From positions 600,903-632,902 of the forward strand of contig NZ_CP017634.1 in assembly GCF_002777255.1 (NCBI RefSeq): 32,000 bases of DNA, in the 5' to 3' direction. The notes below the pieces were generated by a model. It saw only the letters and a list, made by a program, of their open reading frames with translations. It did no database searches and was not told where the DNA came from. Below, piece after piece: positions 1 through 8,722 of the stretch. The DNA is from Candidatus Formimonas warabiya. Its GTDB lineage: Bacteria > Bacillota > Dehalobacteriia > Dehalobacteriales > Dehalobacteriaceae. Position 1 is the stretch's first letter. Each line of letters opens with the position of its first letter. The position numbers were made by a program, and so were the translations under genes.

Positions 1-2
1 GG

Positions 3-434
3 ATGAAAACCAACTGGTCCAGGATGGTGGTCCTGGTGGTTTATCTATGGAAAAACATTGGTTACAGCGTAATCATGTTTCTGGCCGGATTGCAAAATAT
101 ACCGGCTGAATACTACGAAGCGGCCAGAATAGACGGGGCCAGCCAACCGCAGGAGTTTTTCCGAATAACCCTGGTTTATTTGACCCCCACGACTTTTTTT
201 GTTTTTGTTATCTCGATTATCAATTCATTTAAAGTTTTCCGGGAGACGTATCTTATCTCCGGAGAATATCCCTATAACAGCATCTATATGCTGCAGCACT
301 ACATGAACAATATGTTCATGGCTCTGGATTACCAAAAATTGACTTCTGCGGCCTTCATTATGGCTGCCTTTATCGTGGCCGTCGTTTTACTGCTTTTTAT
401 CGTGGAGAGAAAGATCACCAACCTGATTAATTAG
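3..434 (+). CDS. ABC importer permease, carbohydrate (MalF/UgpA-type) family; the 5' end lies outside the window
   Basis: The frame is open from the window edge. It has hydrophobic TM segments and the EAA-loop signature of binding-protein-dependent importers (YYEAARIDGASQPQEFFRITL). Confidence 0.85.
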   Translation: MKTNWSRMVVLVVYLWKNIGYSVIMFLAGLQNIPAEYYEAARIDGASQPQEFFRITLVYLTPTTFFVFVISIINSFKVFRETYLISGEYPYNSIYMLQHYMNNMFMALDYQKLTSAAFIMAAFIVAVVLLLFIVERKITNLIN

Positions 435-560
435 AATCATATCTACACGAACTACAAGGAAAATTGTGCAGCGCACGGAGGGAACCACCGGAGCGCCAGA
501 TACAAGTAACTTAAAAACTTTTTTCATGGGTAGTAACAAACTTAGAACTGGTGATAGGGT

Positions 561-1454
561 GTGTGTGTGTTGAATCGTAACCACCGAATAAAAAATATAC
601 TCCGTATTACAGTTTTACTGGTACTGGCTGTCATATTCATATTTCCCCTGGCTGTAACCGTCACCAATTCATTTATGAGTGAACAGGAAATTGCTGATAA
701 TTATGACCCGGTGACGGACAAAAATTTAAGCAGCTATAACGATGACACCGCGAATCACTTCGCCCGGTTCCAGCTTATACCCGACGTGGTGGTGCTGAAG
801 CAGTATTATAACGTACTCATCAAAAAGACCCAGTTCCTTTTCATGTTCTGGAATTCCGTGCTGATTACCTTCCCTATCGTCATTGGGCAAACGATTGTTG
901 CAACCATGGCTGCCTATGCCTTTGCCAAGCTGAAGTTTAGAGGCAGGAATTTCTTGTTTTTTTTGTATATCATTGTGATGCTGATGCCATTCCAGGTAAC
1001 TCTTGTGCCCAATTATTTAATGGCTGGCCAGCTGGGCCTGCTTAATAGCCGCTGGTCCATTATCTTTCCCGGCATCTTCAGCACCTTTGGCGTATTTCTT
1101 TTAAAACAGTATATGGAGCAAATACCGGACTCCTATATTGAAGCAGCCCGGGTGGACGGAGCCAACCAGCTCCAGATTTTCCTCAAAATCATCGTGCCCA
1201 TGTCCAGGGCCGGCATAGCAGCCATGGCCATACTTGTTTTTATCGATAACTGGAACATGGTCGAACAGCCGTTGATTTTTTTACAGGATGCGGCCAAACA
1301 GCCGCTTTCACTCTATCTTTCCAGAATCATCGACGGTGAAAAAGGATTGGCCTTTGCCGCGTCCACTTTATATATGATGCCGGTGCTGCTGAACTTCCTT
1401 TACGCCGAAAAATACTTGCTGGAAGGGATCCGGCTTTCTGGAATCAAAGGCTGA
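561..1454 (+). CDS. ABC importer permease, carbohydrate (MalG/UgpE-type) family
   Basis: 297-aa ORF with multiple TM segments and an EAA loop (YIEAARVDGANQLQIFLKIIVP). The start is ambiguous (GTG 561, GTG 567 or TTG 570) and sits inside a (GT)6 run. Confidence 0.85.
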   Translation: MCVLNRNHRIKNILRITVLLVLAVIFIFPLAVTVTNSFMSEQEIADNYDPVTDKNLSSYNDDTANHFARFQLIPDVVVLKQYYNVLIKKTQFLFMFWNSVLITFPIVIGQTIVATMAAYAFAKLKFRGRNFLFFLYIIVMLMPFQVTLVPNYLMAGQLGLLNSRWSIIFPGIFSTFGVFLLKQYMEQIPDSYIEAARVDGANQLQIFLKIIVPMSRAGIAAMAILVFIDNWNMVEQPLIFLQDAAKQPLSLYLSRIIDGEKGLAFAASTLYMMPVLLNFLYAEKYLLEGIRLSGIKG

Positions 1455-1544
1455 GCAACTGGTGACTTGTTATATAAATTCTTGCACACTTACTCTACAA
1501 GGGCTAGTGTGTCGCTGCGCTAGTCCAGGAAGGGAGACAGAAAA

Positions 1545-2711
1545 TTGGGGAATGAAGCAATTGCAGGTGATGCGCAAAGAAAAAAAGTGATCGGAAAGTT
1601 AAGCCTGCTGTTCCTAATGGCGATGATCGGGTTAACTTTCTTCTCCAATACCATCAATAACTTTACTCTGCCCAGGGTCCAAACGGCCCGGCCGACGAAC
1701 GGGGCGTTAATCAAAGAAATATTCGGTGAAGGGACGGTCGAGGTCAAATCAACTCGGGAGGAATACGCAGATGCCAATTTGCGAGTAAAGGAGGTCATGG
1801 TGGAGCAGGGGGATAGGGTTAGCAAAGGCCAGCCCATCATCATCCTGGACGTGAACGAACTGAAGTCGAATTATCAGGATGAACAGGCCCGCTACCGGCA
1901 GCTGCAGCTGTCCCTGGCAGGGGCCCGGGAAGAGCAGGCGCAAAAACAAAGGGATTACGATAACCTGAAGTACCTGTTTGATAATGAAGCCGAAACGGCG
2001 GTGAACCTGCAAAATGCCGAAAAGAACCTGGTGGACGCGCAAAGAAACTGTGAGGACATTCAGCTTAATCTGGAAATACAGGCCAGAAAGGTGGATACCC
2101 TGGCCAAACAGGTGGCAAACAACGGCGTGTATACAGCGCCCGTGGACGGCATGATCACAGAACTGAATTTCGCCCAAGGGTCTATGACCAATAACTCCCT
2201 GCCCCTGTTTAAATTGGCTGATCTCCGGCAGGGGTTCCGGCTGATCGTGCCAATTGACAATGATTTGGTTGATTACGTCAAACCCGGAGATACGGTGAGT
2301 GTTAATATTCTCTCCCTGGGGGATAAAAGAACCGAGGGAAAAATTGACAAGATAGTTGAAAACAGCCAGCACAACGGAGAAGAAAAGGATTTGTGGATCG
2401 ACGTGTCTCTGGAAGGCCTGACAGGCGGCGAAAAGGGAGAAATTTATTTAAGCAAAAAAACAAAGCCTTACGCCAACCTCGTACCTAACAGCGCGGTTTA
2501 TAACGACAGCAGCGGCTCATATGTCTTCGTTCTGGAATCAAGAAAAGGACCTTTAGGTAGGTCGAACTATTTGCAAAAGGTGGAAGTAAATGTGGAAGAC
2601 AGTGATAATGAAAAGTCTGCTCTCACAGATATGGTGATGGGCGAAGTGGTGATGCAAAGCAATAAACCGGTGGAGGACGGGGATAGAGTTCTGAAGGAGG
2701 CGGCAAATTGA
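1545..2711 (+). CDS. HlyD-family membrane-fusion / periplasmic adaptor protein
   Basis: TTG start lies 8 nt after GGAAGGGAG. The protein has an N-terminal TM anchor, a lipoyl-like motif (VKEVMVEQGDRVSKGQPIIILD), a long Q/E/R-rich coiled-coil hairpin, and a second lipoyl half (YTAPVDGMITELNF) followed by a beta-barrel region. Confidence 0.75.
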   Translation: MGNEAIAGDAQRKKVIGKLSLLFLMAMIGLTFFSNTINNFTLPRVQTARPTNGALIKEIFGEGTVEVKSTREEYADANLRVKEVMVEQGDRVSKGQPIIILDVNELKSNYQDEQARYRQLQLSLAGAREEQAQKQRDYDNLKYLFDNEAETAVNLQNAEKNLVDAQRNCEDIQLNLEIQARKVDTLAKQVANNGVYTAPVDGMITELNFAQGSMTNNSLPLFKLADLRQGFRLIVPIDNDLVDYVKPGDTVSVNILSLGDKRTEGKIDKIVENSQHNGEEKDLWIDVSLEGLTGGEKGEIYLSKKTKPYANLVPNSAVYNDSSGSYVFVLESRKGPLGRSNYLQKVEVNVEDSDNEKSALTDMVMGEVVMQSNKPVEDGDRVLKEAAN

Positions 2712-4111
2712 AACCGGCCAAATCAGCCTATCCGGCCTATCTTATTCTGGCCCTGAGCATATTGGTTTTAACCTGGAGCACCGTCCTGGGGTCATCCCTG
2801 CCCGCTAAATTGGCGGATCTTGGCGGCCTGCACAAAACCAACAAAATCACCGCCACCTGGCTGAGCAACTCCCATCAGCCGGAGGCCGCCTCTTTTTCCC
2901 TGCAGAAAATGAGGCAGCTGGCTCAATACGACCTCCGGGACAATGATCTGGCTTACGCCATGGAGGCTTCAACTTCTGCCGCCTATCAAAAGAACCAGAG
3001 TCAAGCTCAGGTGCTGGGGGTGAATGACAGGTACGATCAATTCCATCAAATAAACCTAAGATCAGGCGTTTTTTTAACTTTCGAACAGGAAAACCAGCAG
3101 GTCGCCGTAATCGATGAAGATCTGGCTCAGGCTCTTTTTCAGAACTGTAATGTGGTGGGCCGGAAAATAGAACTGTATGGCCAGGAATTTAAAATAACCG
3201 GGGTGGCCGGGGCTGACCATTCCCTGATCGGGACTCTGACGGACAGGGGATACGGTACAGTGTACATACCGGTGAAAATACTGTTGGAACTGGAAGCGGA
3301 TTCCCGAATAACCTCATTGGAAGTGGAAACAAAGGATGCCGGCACCACGGGCCGCAATACCGCTGTTTTGGAAACGGCCCTGGCCTCAATCGGCCAGGAC
3401 CCCGCCAACTACAAAATCATCGATTATAACGTGGCGGGTCTCCTGATGGAACAAAATAACCTGCTGCGCAATTTCGTGGCGGGGATGGTGGCAATTGTGA
3501 TAATTTTCGGCCTGCTCAGGCGAAAAATAAGGGGTATTTATCATTTCTGCCGCCTGAGACTCCGGGATAAATATTGGTCGGAGATGATCAAGGGGGACGC
3601 CGCCAGGCTTGTGCTTGGTATGGCGGAGGTATTAGCGCTTGTTGCGGTGTTGCTGCTGCTATGGAAATTAATCAGATTTACCTTATATATTCCGCCGGAA
3701 AACATACCTAATGAACTTATTGATGTTTCATTTTGGGCTGACCTCATTAAAAACGGGATTCAAACCGGGCTGCAAAGCGCCGGATATGTAGCGCCGCCAG
3801 GAGAGGTTCAGTTGAATGTCCTTAATACCATCCAGAACTGGAACTTGTTTTTAAACATCTTTCTTGGTTGGCCGCTGTTCTTGCTGGGACTTTACCAGAT
3901 CAAGCTGTTGAAGGAAAAACTACTCAAAGTTGAAGTGTTTTGCAGCGTTTTCATGCTGGCCGCCTTAAGCCTGGGCACCGCCTTGCTGTTGATAATAAAA
4001 ATGCCTCCTGTCATAGAGACCGGGGAGGTGTTGCTGGTATTTAGCTCTATATTTTTAACCGTAAGTAAGAGGTCAGGGGACACACCTGCTGAAGCTCGGG
4101 TTAACATTTAG
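2708..4111 (+). CDS. Polytopic membrane protein with a MacB-like periplasmic core domain (atypical FtsX-type permease)
   Basis: TTG start lies 7 nt after AAGGAGG and overlaps the HlyD stop (TTGA). It has an N-terminal TM and a roughly 230-aa extracytoplasmic region with a MacB_PCD-like block (QVAVIDEDLAQALFQNCNVVGRKIELYGQEFKITGV). About five further TMs follow, but I could not see the usual FtsX loop motif. Confidence 0.6.
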   Translation: MKPAKSAYPAYLILALSILVLTWSTVLGSSLPAKLADLGGLHKTNKITATWLSNSHQPEAASFSLQKMRQLAQYDLRDNDLAYAMEASTSAAYQKNQSQAQVLGVNDRYDQFHQINLRSGVFLTFEQENQQVAVIDEDLAQALFQNCNVVGRKIELYGQEFKITGVAGADHSLIGTLTDRGYGTVYIPVKILLELEADSRITSLEVETKDAGTTGRNTAVLETALASIGQDPANYKIIDYNVAGLLMEQNNLLRNFVAGMVAIVIIFGLLRRKIRGIYHFCRLRLRDKYWSEMIKGDAARLVLGMAEVLALVAVLLLLWKLIRFTLYIPPENIPNELIDVSFWADLIKNGIQTGLQSAGYVAPPGEVQLNVLNTIQNWNLFLNIFLGWPLFLLGLYQIKLLKEKLLKVEVFCSVFMLAALSLGTALLLIIKMPPVIETGEVLLVFSSIFLTVSKRSGDTPAEARVNI

Positions 4112-4148
4112 GAAACAGGAATGTCCCCAAATAATAGGAGGGCAGCGG

Positions 4149-5279
4149 ATGGCGAGTTTATATCTGAAAAATCTATCTAAGACCTACCCCGGCAGAGTTA
4201 TGGCAGTCAGGGATTTCTCTCTGGAAATAAAGGATCAAGAATTCTTAATCCTGGTAGGTCCCTCCGGCTGTGGCAAAACAACCGTTTTAAGGATGATTGC
4301 CGGGCTGGAGGAAATTTCATCCGGTGAATTATATATTGATGACCGGCTGGTTAATGACGTGGCTGCCAAGGACCGGGATATCGCCATGGTTTTTCAAAAT
4401 TATGCTCTTTATCCCCATCTATCGGTCTATGACAATATGGCTTTTGGACTTAAGTTGAGAAAGATACCCAAGGCTGAAATCAGGAAAAATGTGCAGGAAG
4501 CGGCCAGGATTCTTGCACTTGAAGATCTTCTGAAACGCAAACCCAAGGAACTTTCCGGTGGGCAAAGGCAAAGGGTGGCCCTGGGACGGGCCATTGTTAG
4601 GAAACCCAAGGTTTTCCTGATGGATGAGCCTCTGTCCAACCTGGATGCGCAGTTGAGAGCCCAGATGAGAATAGAGATTGCCAAGCTCCATAAAAATCTG
4701 CAGACAACTTTTGTTTATGTAACCCATGATCAAACCGAAGCCATGACCATGGGCACCAGAATCGTGGTGATGAAGGATGGCCTGATCCAGCAAATTGACA
4801 GCCCGCAATCCATCTATGACCACCCGGTCAATATGTTTGTGGCCGGTTTTCTCGGTAGCCCCGGGATGAACTTTCTGGAAGTTTTAATTATAGAGCAAAA
4901 CGGCTGTATTTTTGCCAAACTGGCTGACGCCCTACTGCCTGTTCCCGCTGCCGGGGGACAAAAGTTAAAAGAGCAGGGGTATCTGGACCAGGAAGTGGTC
5001 CTGGGGATAAGAGCGGAGCATCTCTGCGGAAACGGAGATTTTTTGGACCGCCATCCCGAGTGTGCTTTGCGCGGGAGGCTGGAGTTTACCGAATTGAGAG
5101 GGGCTGAAACTTACCATTATGTAAGGATAGCTGGCAGAGAGGTGGTTGTCAGGGTGAGTCCGGAGTTGCCCGCCGAAACCGGACAGGAAGTCAGGGTGGG
5201 TTTTAATATGTCCAAGGCCCATTTTTTCGATCAAGAAAGTGAGGTGAACGTCAAATCTCTACTGAATTCTGGCTCCTGA
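4149..5279 (+). CDS. ABC transporter ATP-binding protein, MalK/UgpC/MsmX type
   Basis: AGGAGGG RBS. Walker A GPSGCGKTT, Q-loop, signature LSGGQRQRVALGRA, Walker B VFLMDEPLSNLD and H-loop VTHDQ are present, plus the C-terminal regulatory (TOBE-like) extension typical of sugar-importer ATPases. Confidence 0.9.
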   Translation: MASLYLKNLSKTYPGRVMAVRDFSLEIKDQEFLILVGPSGCGKTTVLRMIAGLEEISSGELYIDDRLVNDVAAKDRDIAMVFQNYALYPHLSVYDNMAFGLKLRKIPKAEIRKNVQEAARILALEDLLKRKPKELSGGQRQRVALGRAIVRKPKVFLMDEPLSNLDAQLRAQMRIEIAKLHKNLQTTFVYVTHDQTEAMTMGTRIVVMKDGLIQQIDSPQSIYDHPVNMFVAGFLGSPGMNFLEVLIIEQNGCIFAKLADALLPVPAAGGQKLKEQGYLDQEVVLGIRAEHLCGNGDFLDRHPECALRGRLEFTELRGAETYHYVRIAGREVVVRVSPELPAETGQEVRVGFNMSKAHFFDQESEVNVKSLLNSGS

Positions 5280-5311
5280 ATTCTGAATACTTAAAGAAAA
5301 GGGGTGTTTTG

Positions 5312-6691
5312 ATGATAAAAAACAAATGCGGAGTTGTCCTAATCCTGGTTCTGGTCCTCGGTATGGGGGTATTTACCGCCGGCTGCGGCAATACTCAGGC
5401 TGCCAGGGAAGATAATAATCCTAATTCCCTGACCATTGCGGTTGTGACCAAAGATATGTACCTGGATACGGCAGTAAAAAAGTTTGAGGAACTTCATCCC
5501 GGCGTCAGTGTGGAAGTGAAAGAATACACCTCCAGTACTTCGGAAAAAGGTGAAGGTGTCAGGGCGGCAGATCCCGGCGATATTGAAAAATATGTCACGA
5601 CTATGAATACCCAGCTCATGTCCGGCCAGGGCAGCGATATAATTTTATTAAACAACCTGCCCTATCAGACCTATGCGGATAAGAATCTTTTAGTTGACTT
5701 GGGGGGGCTGATGCAGTCGGATCAAAGCTTCGACAGGGGCAAATACTACCAAAATATTTTCAAGGCTTTAGAATATAAAGATAAACTATATGGGCTGCCG
5801 GTTAATATCGGTATCGATATGATTGCCGCCGATAGAACCTTACTGGCTGATTCCCAGGTGCAAATCGACGATAGCAACTGGGATTGGAACGATTTTGTCA
5901 AGACGGCGGAAAAGGTCATTAACGACAAGCAAAACGGGGGAACCCAGGAGATGTATGCCTTGGCCGGGATGGATGAAAAAAGACTGATTATGACTCTGGT
6001 TAAAGAAAACTATGACAACCTGGTCGATCCGGAGAAGGAAACAGCCAATTTTACCGGCCAGGAATTTCTTGATTTACTTTCCTTAAGTAAATATCTGATT
6101 GACCACAAACTGGTTAATACGGATACAGCCCAGACCAACATTATGGACATGGCCTCCCGGGGTAAACTTGTTTTTAATTTCACTTCTCTTAGTGGGTTTT
6201 GGGACCTGCAAGTGGCCAAGGCGATTTTCAGCGAGGGTGTTCAGCTTTTAAAGCCCCCCGGAAACGTGTTCTTTTCCACGGACTCTATGTATGGAATCAG
6301 CAGTAAATCAGCCAATCAAGAACTGGCCTGGGAATTTTTAAAATTTTTGGTCTCTGATGATATGATGACTCAGGGAGGAATGCCGATTAATAAGAGTGTG
6401 CTTCCCCAGATTGCCCAGAATTTCACCCAGGCTATCCAAAAAAGGGGCGGGAAAATGATGATCAAGGACGACGGCATTCCAGCTCAACCTATAACACTGC
6501 AACCCCCCACCCAGGAGGATGTGGATTACATGGAAAACCTGCTGAGTCAAGCGAAGGTCTACATCGGAACGGACCAGAAGATTATTTCCATTGTTCAGGA
6601 GGAAACCGCGGCCTTCCTTACAGGACAGAAGACAGCGGAAACGACTGCCCAATTGATTCAGGACAGGGTGAGCACATACTTAAATGAATAA
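5312..6691 (+). CDS. Extracellular solute-binding lipoprotein (family 1 SBP) of the ABC importer
   Basis: Signal peptide with lipobox (LGMGVFTAGCGN), roughly 460 aa, last gene of the same-strand cluster. ATG 5312 is preferred over TTG 5309 because of RBS spacing. Confidence 0.8.
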   Translation: MIKNKCGVVLILVLVLGMGVFTAGCGNTQAAREDNNPNSLTIAVVTKDMYLDTAVKKFEELHPGVSVEVKEYTSSTSEKGEGVRAADPGDIEKYVTTMNTQLMSGQGSDIILLNNLPYQTYADKNLLVDLGGLMQSDQSFDRGKYYQNIFKALEYKDKLYGLPVNIGIDMIAADRTLLADSQVQIDDSNWDWNDFVKTAEKVINDKQNGGTQEMYALAGMDEKRLIMTLVKENYDNLVDPEKETANFTGQEFLDLLSLSKYLIDHKLVNTDTAQTNIMDMASRGKLVFNFTSLSGFWDLQVAKAIFSEGVQLLKPPGNVFFSTDSMYGISSKSANQELAWEFLKFLVSDDMMTQGGMPINKSVLPQIAQNFTQAIQKRGGKMMIKDDGIPAQPITLQPPTQEDVDYMENLLSQAKVYIGTDQKIISIVQEETAAFLTGQKTAETTAQLIQDRVSTYLNE

Positions 6692-6701
6692 TAGGAAAAG
6701 A

Positions 6702-6783
6702 ATAAGTTCTTCATAAGAATTTATTAAGATTTTGATAAGTTGAAATTCCAACATCGCCTGCCTGATTTCGATAAGATGAAATT
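6702..6783 (+). promoter_or_regulatory. Phased ATAAG/TTAAG repeats plus an 18-bp imperfect direct repeat upstream of vanW (candidate response-regulator binding array)
   Basis: The pentamers ATAAG, ATAAG, TTAAG and ATAAG start at 6702, 6713, 6724 and 6735, exactly 11 bp apart. TTTTGATAAGTTGAAATT (6730-6747) recurs as TTTCGATAAGATGAAATT (6766-6783), with 16 of 18 positions identical. Confidence 0.4.
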
Positions 6784-6828
6784 GTCGAATCGGACAGGCT
6801 TTTAACATTCCTGAAAGGAGGCATGGAC

Positions 6829-7656
6829 ATGAAAAGGAAAAGAATTACTCAATTGTTTCCATTCTTACTACCGATCCGCAGGACACAAAGAAAATTATTC
6901 TTCTATGCCAAGATGTGCTTTGACCGGAACCACTATGCAAAAGCAAAGGATCCAGAGTTTTTGCCTTTTTGCATATATGAAACCAAGTCGAAGCTTCTAA
7001 ATGACAATACGGGCTTTGATATAAAATATCAGGAAAACAAGGTGTTTAATCTGCGCCTTGCCGCGGAGCCTGTAAATGGCATATTAATATGCCCTGGTGA
7101 AACATTTTCATTTTGGCAGCGTGTGAGATATGCCGAGAAAAATGAGCGGTATAAGGACGGTTTGTGCATGGTAAATGGCGAATTGGTCACGGTTCCGGGA
7201 GGCGGTTTGTGTCATCTCAGCAATTTTCTGTTCTGGCTGTTTCTGCATACTCCGCTCACCATTGTAGAACGGCATCCTCATCAGATTAAGGATTTTCCTT
7301 CTCCTGATGAGGATGAACCGGATGGTGTGGACGCTACGGTCCGCGAAGGGTGGTTGGATTTAAAGGTCAAAAACAACACCAATCTTACCTTCCAAATTAA
7401 GATATCCCTCAATGGACCTTACATTTATGGCTCTATTTTTATAGATCAGGCCATAGGGCATCGTTACGGGATTATTAATCGCGAAAAGAGCTATTTCAAA
7501 AAAGAAGGGAAAACCTTTGAGCGGGTTTCTGTCTGTCAGCAGAAGATAGACATCAAATCCAAACAAGTTATTTCAGAAAACCTGCTTTATACGGACGTAT
7601 ATGAAGTCGGGTATCCGCTTCCGGAAGAAACTGCTATCGCAGAAGTAAAGAAGTGA
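6829..7656 (+). CDS. vanW: VanW-family protein
   Basis: VanW-type blocks are present (PGETFSFWQRV, GGGLCHLSNFLFW) and the gene lies directly upstream of vanH-ligase-vanX. ATG 6829 sits 7 nt after AAAGGAGG; the ORF-track ATG 6823 is too close to the RBS. Confidence 0.85.
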   Translation: MKRKRITQLFPFLLPIRRTQRKLFFYAKMCFDRNHYAKAKDPEFLPFCIYETKSKLLNDNTGFDIKYQENKVFNLRLAAEPVNGILICPGETFSFWQRVRYAEKNERYKDGLCMVNGELVTVPGGGLCHLSNFLFWLFLHTPLTIVERHPHQIKDFPSPDEDEPDGVDATVREGWLDLKVKNNTNLTFQIKISLNGPYIYGSIFIDQAIGHRYGIINREKSYFKKEGKTFERVSVCQQKIDIKSKQVISENLLYTDVYEVGYPLPEETAIAEVKK

Positions 7657-7661
7657 TTGTT

Positions 7662-7736
7662 ATGAAAAAAAAAGTTGCCGTTTTATTCGGCGGATGCTTT
7701 ACAGAGTTTGAATTTTACTTGTTATATAATTTATGA
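7662..7736 (+). pseudogene. 24-codon remnant of the 5' end of a D-Ala-D-X ligase (ddl/van ligase) gene
   Basis: An ATG 5 nt after the vanW stop encodes MKKKVAVLFGGCFTEFEFYLLYNL*. This matches the conserved ligase N-terminus K(I/V)AV(L/I)FGG.S.E(H/Y)EVS and the intact ligase in this window (KIAIIFGGCSEEHPIS). Confidence 0.55.
7720..7730 (+). promoter_or_regulatory. Candidate extended -10 promoter element upstream of vanH
   Basis: TGtTATATAAT lies about 25 nt upstream of the vanH ATG, inside the ligase remnant. No good -35 element is present. Confidence 0.35.
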
Positions 7737-7753
7737 AAGGATAAATCTAAATC

Positions 7754-8722
7754 ATGGCAAAAATGGGAATTTCAATTTATGGATGCGGGCAGGACGAGGC
7801 CGTTTTGTTCCGAGAGATGGCGCCTCGCTTTGGCGTTATGCCAACTATCACAGATGCAGCGGTATCTGAAGTTAACATTGAACTGGCATTTGGAAATCGA
7901 TGCATCAGCGTCGGTCATAAAACTCAAATCACAAATTCCATTCTTCTTGCGCTCAGCCAAGCCGGTGTAAAGTATATCTCCACAAGAAGTATTGGATATA
8001 ACCATATTAATGTAAAATGCGCGGAGAGCGTTGGCATTTCCGTTGAAAATGTCGCTTATTCGCCCGATAGCGTGGCTGATTACACATTAATGCTGATGCT
8101 GATGGCGGTGCGAAATGCAAAATCCATTATCAGACGTGCAGATATTCATGATTTCAGATTGAATGATGTACGCGGGAAAGAATTACGCGATATGACCATT
8201 GGGGTAATTGGAACAGGACGCATTGGGGCAGCAGTTATGGACAGGCTGCGGGGCTTTGGCTGCCACATATTAGCCTATGACCATCGTCCCCAAACCTCTG
8301 CCGATTACGTTCCTCTTGATGAATTGTTACAGCAGAGCGATATTGTAACGCTCCATACACCACTTAACGCGGATACAAACCATCTTTTTAATCGTCAACG
8401 TATCGAGCAGATGAAGCACGGCGCGTTTATTATCAATACTGGACGCGGTTCACTTCTTGATACCGAGGCTCTTATTTCCGCGTTGGAAAGCGGTAAACTA
8501 GGCGGTGCAGCGTTGGATGTCCTCGAAGGAGAGGAAGGAGTATTCTACTTTGACTACAGAAACAAACCCATTGAAAGCAAACTGTTGTTGCGGTTACAAA
8601 AATTACCGAATGTGCTTATTACTCCGCACACCGCCTATTACACAGAACACACCTTGAGCGATACTGTTGAAAATACTATTATCAATTGCCTGAAATTTGA
8701 AAGGAGAAAGCAGCATGGATAG
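7754..8722 (+). CDS. vanH: D-specific 2-hydroxyacid (D-lactate) dehydrogenase, VanH type
   Basis: Close by-eye colinearity with VanH/VanHB, for example AYSPDSVADYTLMLMLMA, GVIGTGRIGAAV (NAD fold), GGAALDVLEGEE and ITPHTAYYTE. The stop overlaps the ligase start by 8 nt. Confidence 0.9.
   Translation: MAKMGISIYGCGQDEAVLFREMAPRFGVMPTITDAAVSEVNIELAFGNRCISVGHKTQITNSILLALSQAGVKYISTRSIGYNHINVKCAESVGISVENVAYSPDSVADYTLMLMLMAVRNAKSIIRRADIHDFRLNDVRGKELRDMTIGVIGTGRIGAAVMDRLRGFGCHILAYDHRPQTSADYVPLDELLQQSDIVTLHTPLNADTNHLFNRQRIEQMKHGAFIINTGRGSLLDTEALISALESGKLGGAALDVLEGEEGVFYFDYRNKPIESKLLLRLQKLPNVLITPHTAYYTEHTLSDTVENTIINCLKFERRKQHG

Noticed and set aside
559-570. A (GT)6 dinucleotide run at the start codon region of the second permease, considered as a possible phase-variation tract.
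   Set aside because: Six units is short for slipped-strand switching. Several in-frame alternative starts exist, and there is no other evidence of contingency behaviour.
1465-1477. A 13-nt identity (ACTTGTTATATAA) between the hlyD upstream region and the vanH upstream region (7717-7729).
   Set aside because: In an AT-rich 32-kb window searched on both strands, several 13-mers are expected to match by chance. It is noted only as two similar extended -10-like elements, not as a repeat family.
1749-2372. A 207-aa ORF antisense to the HlyD gene, together with the many similar antisense or out-of-frame ORFs in the track (for example 3139-3408, 4419-4823, 6338-6652, 14654-15202, 15305-15682, 19686-20321, 21360-21683, 25089-25594, 29797-30126).
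   Set aside because: Each is wholly embedded in a longer ORF with clear family motifs on the other strand or in another frame. They lack an RBS and have the skewed, low-complexity composition typical of shadow ORFs.
7675-7970. ORFs 7675-7869 and 7779-7970 on the plus strand, overlapping the vanW-vanH junction and vanH.
   Set aside because: They are out of frame with the well-supported vanH. The real signal in this region is the short ligase-remnant frame at 7662-7736, which the ORF track misses.
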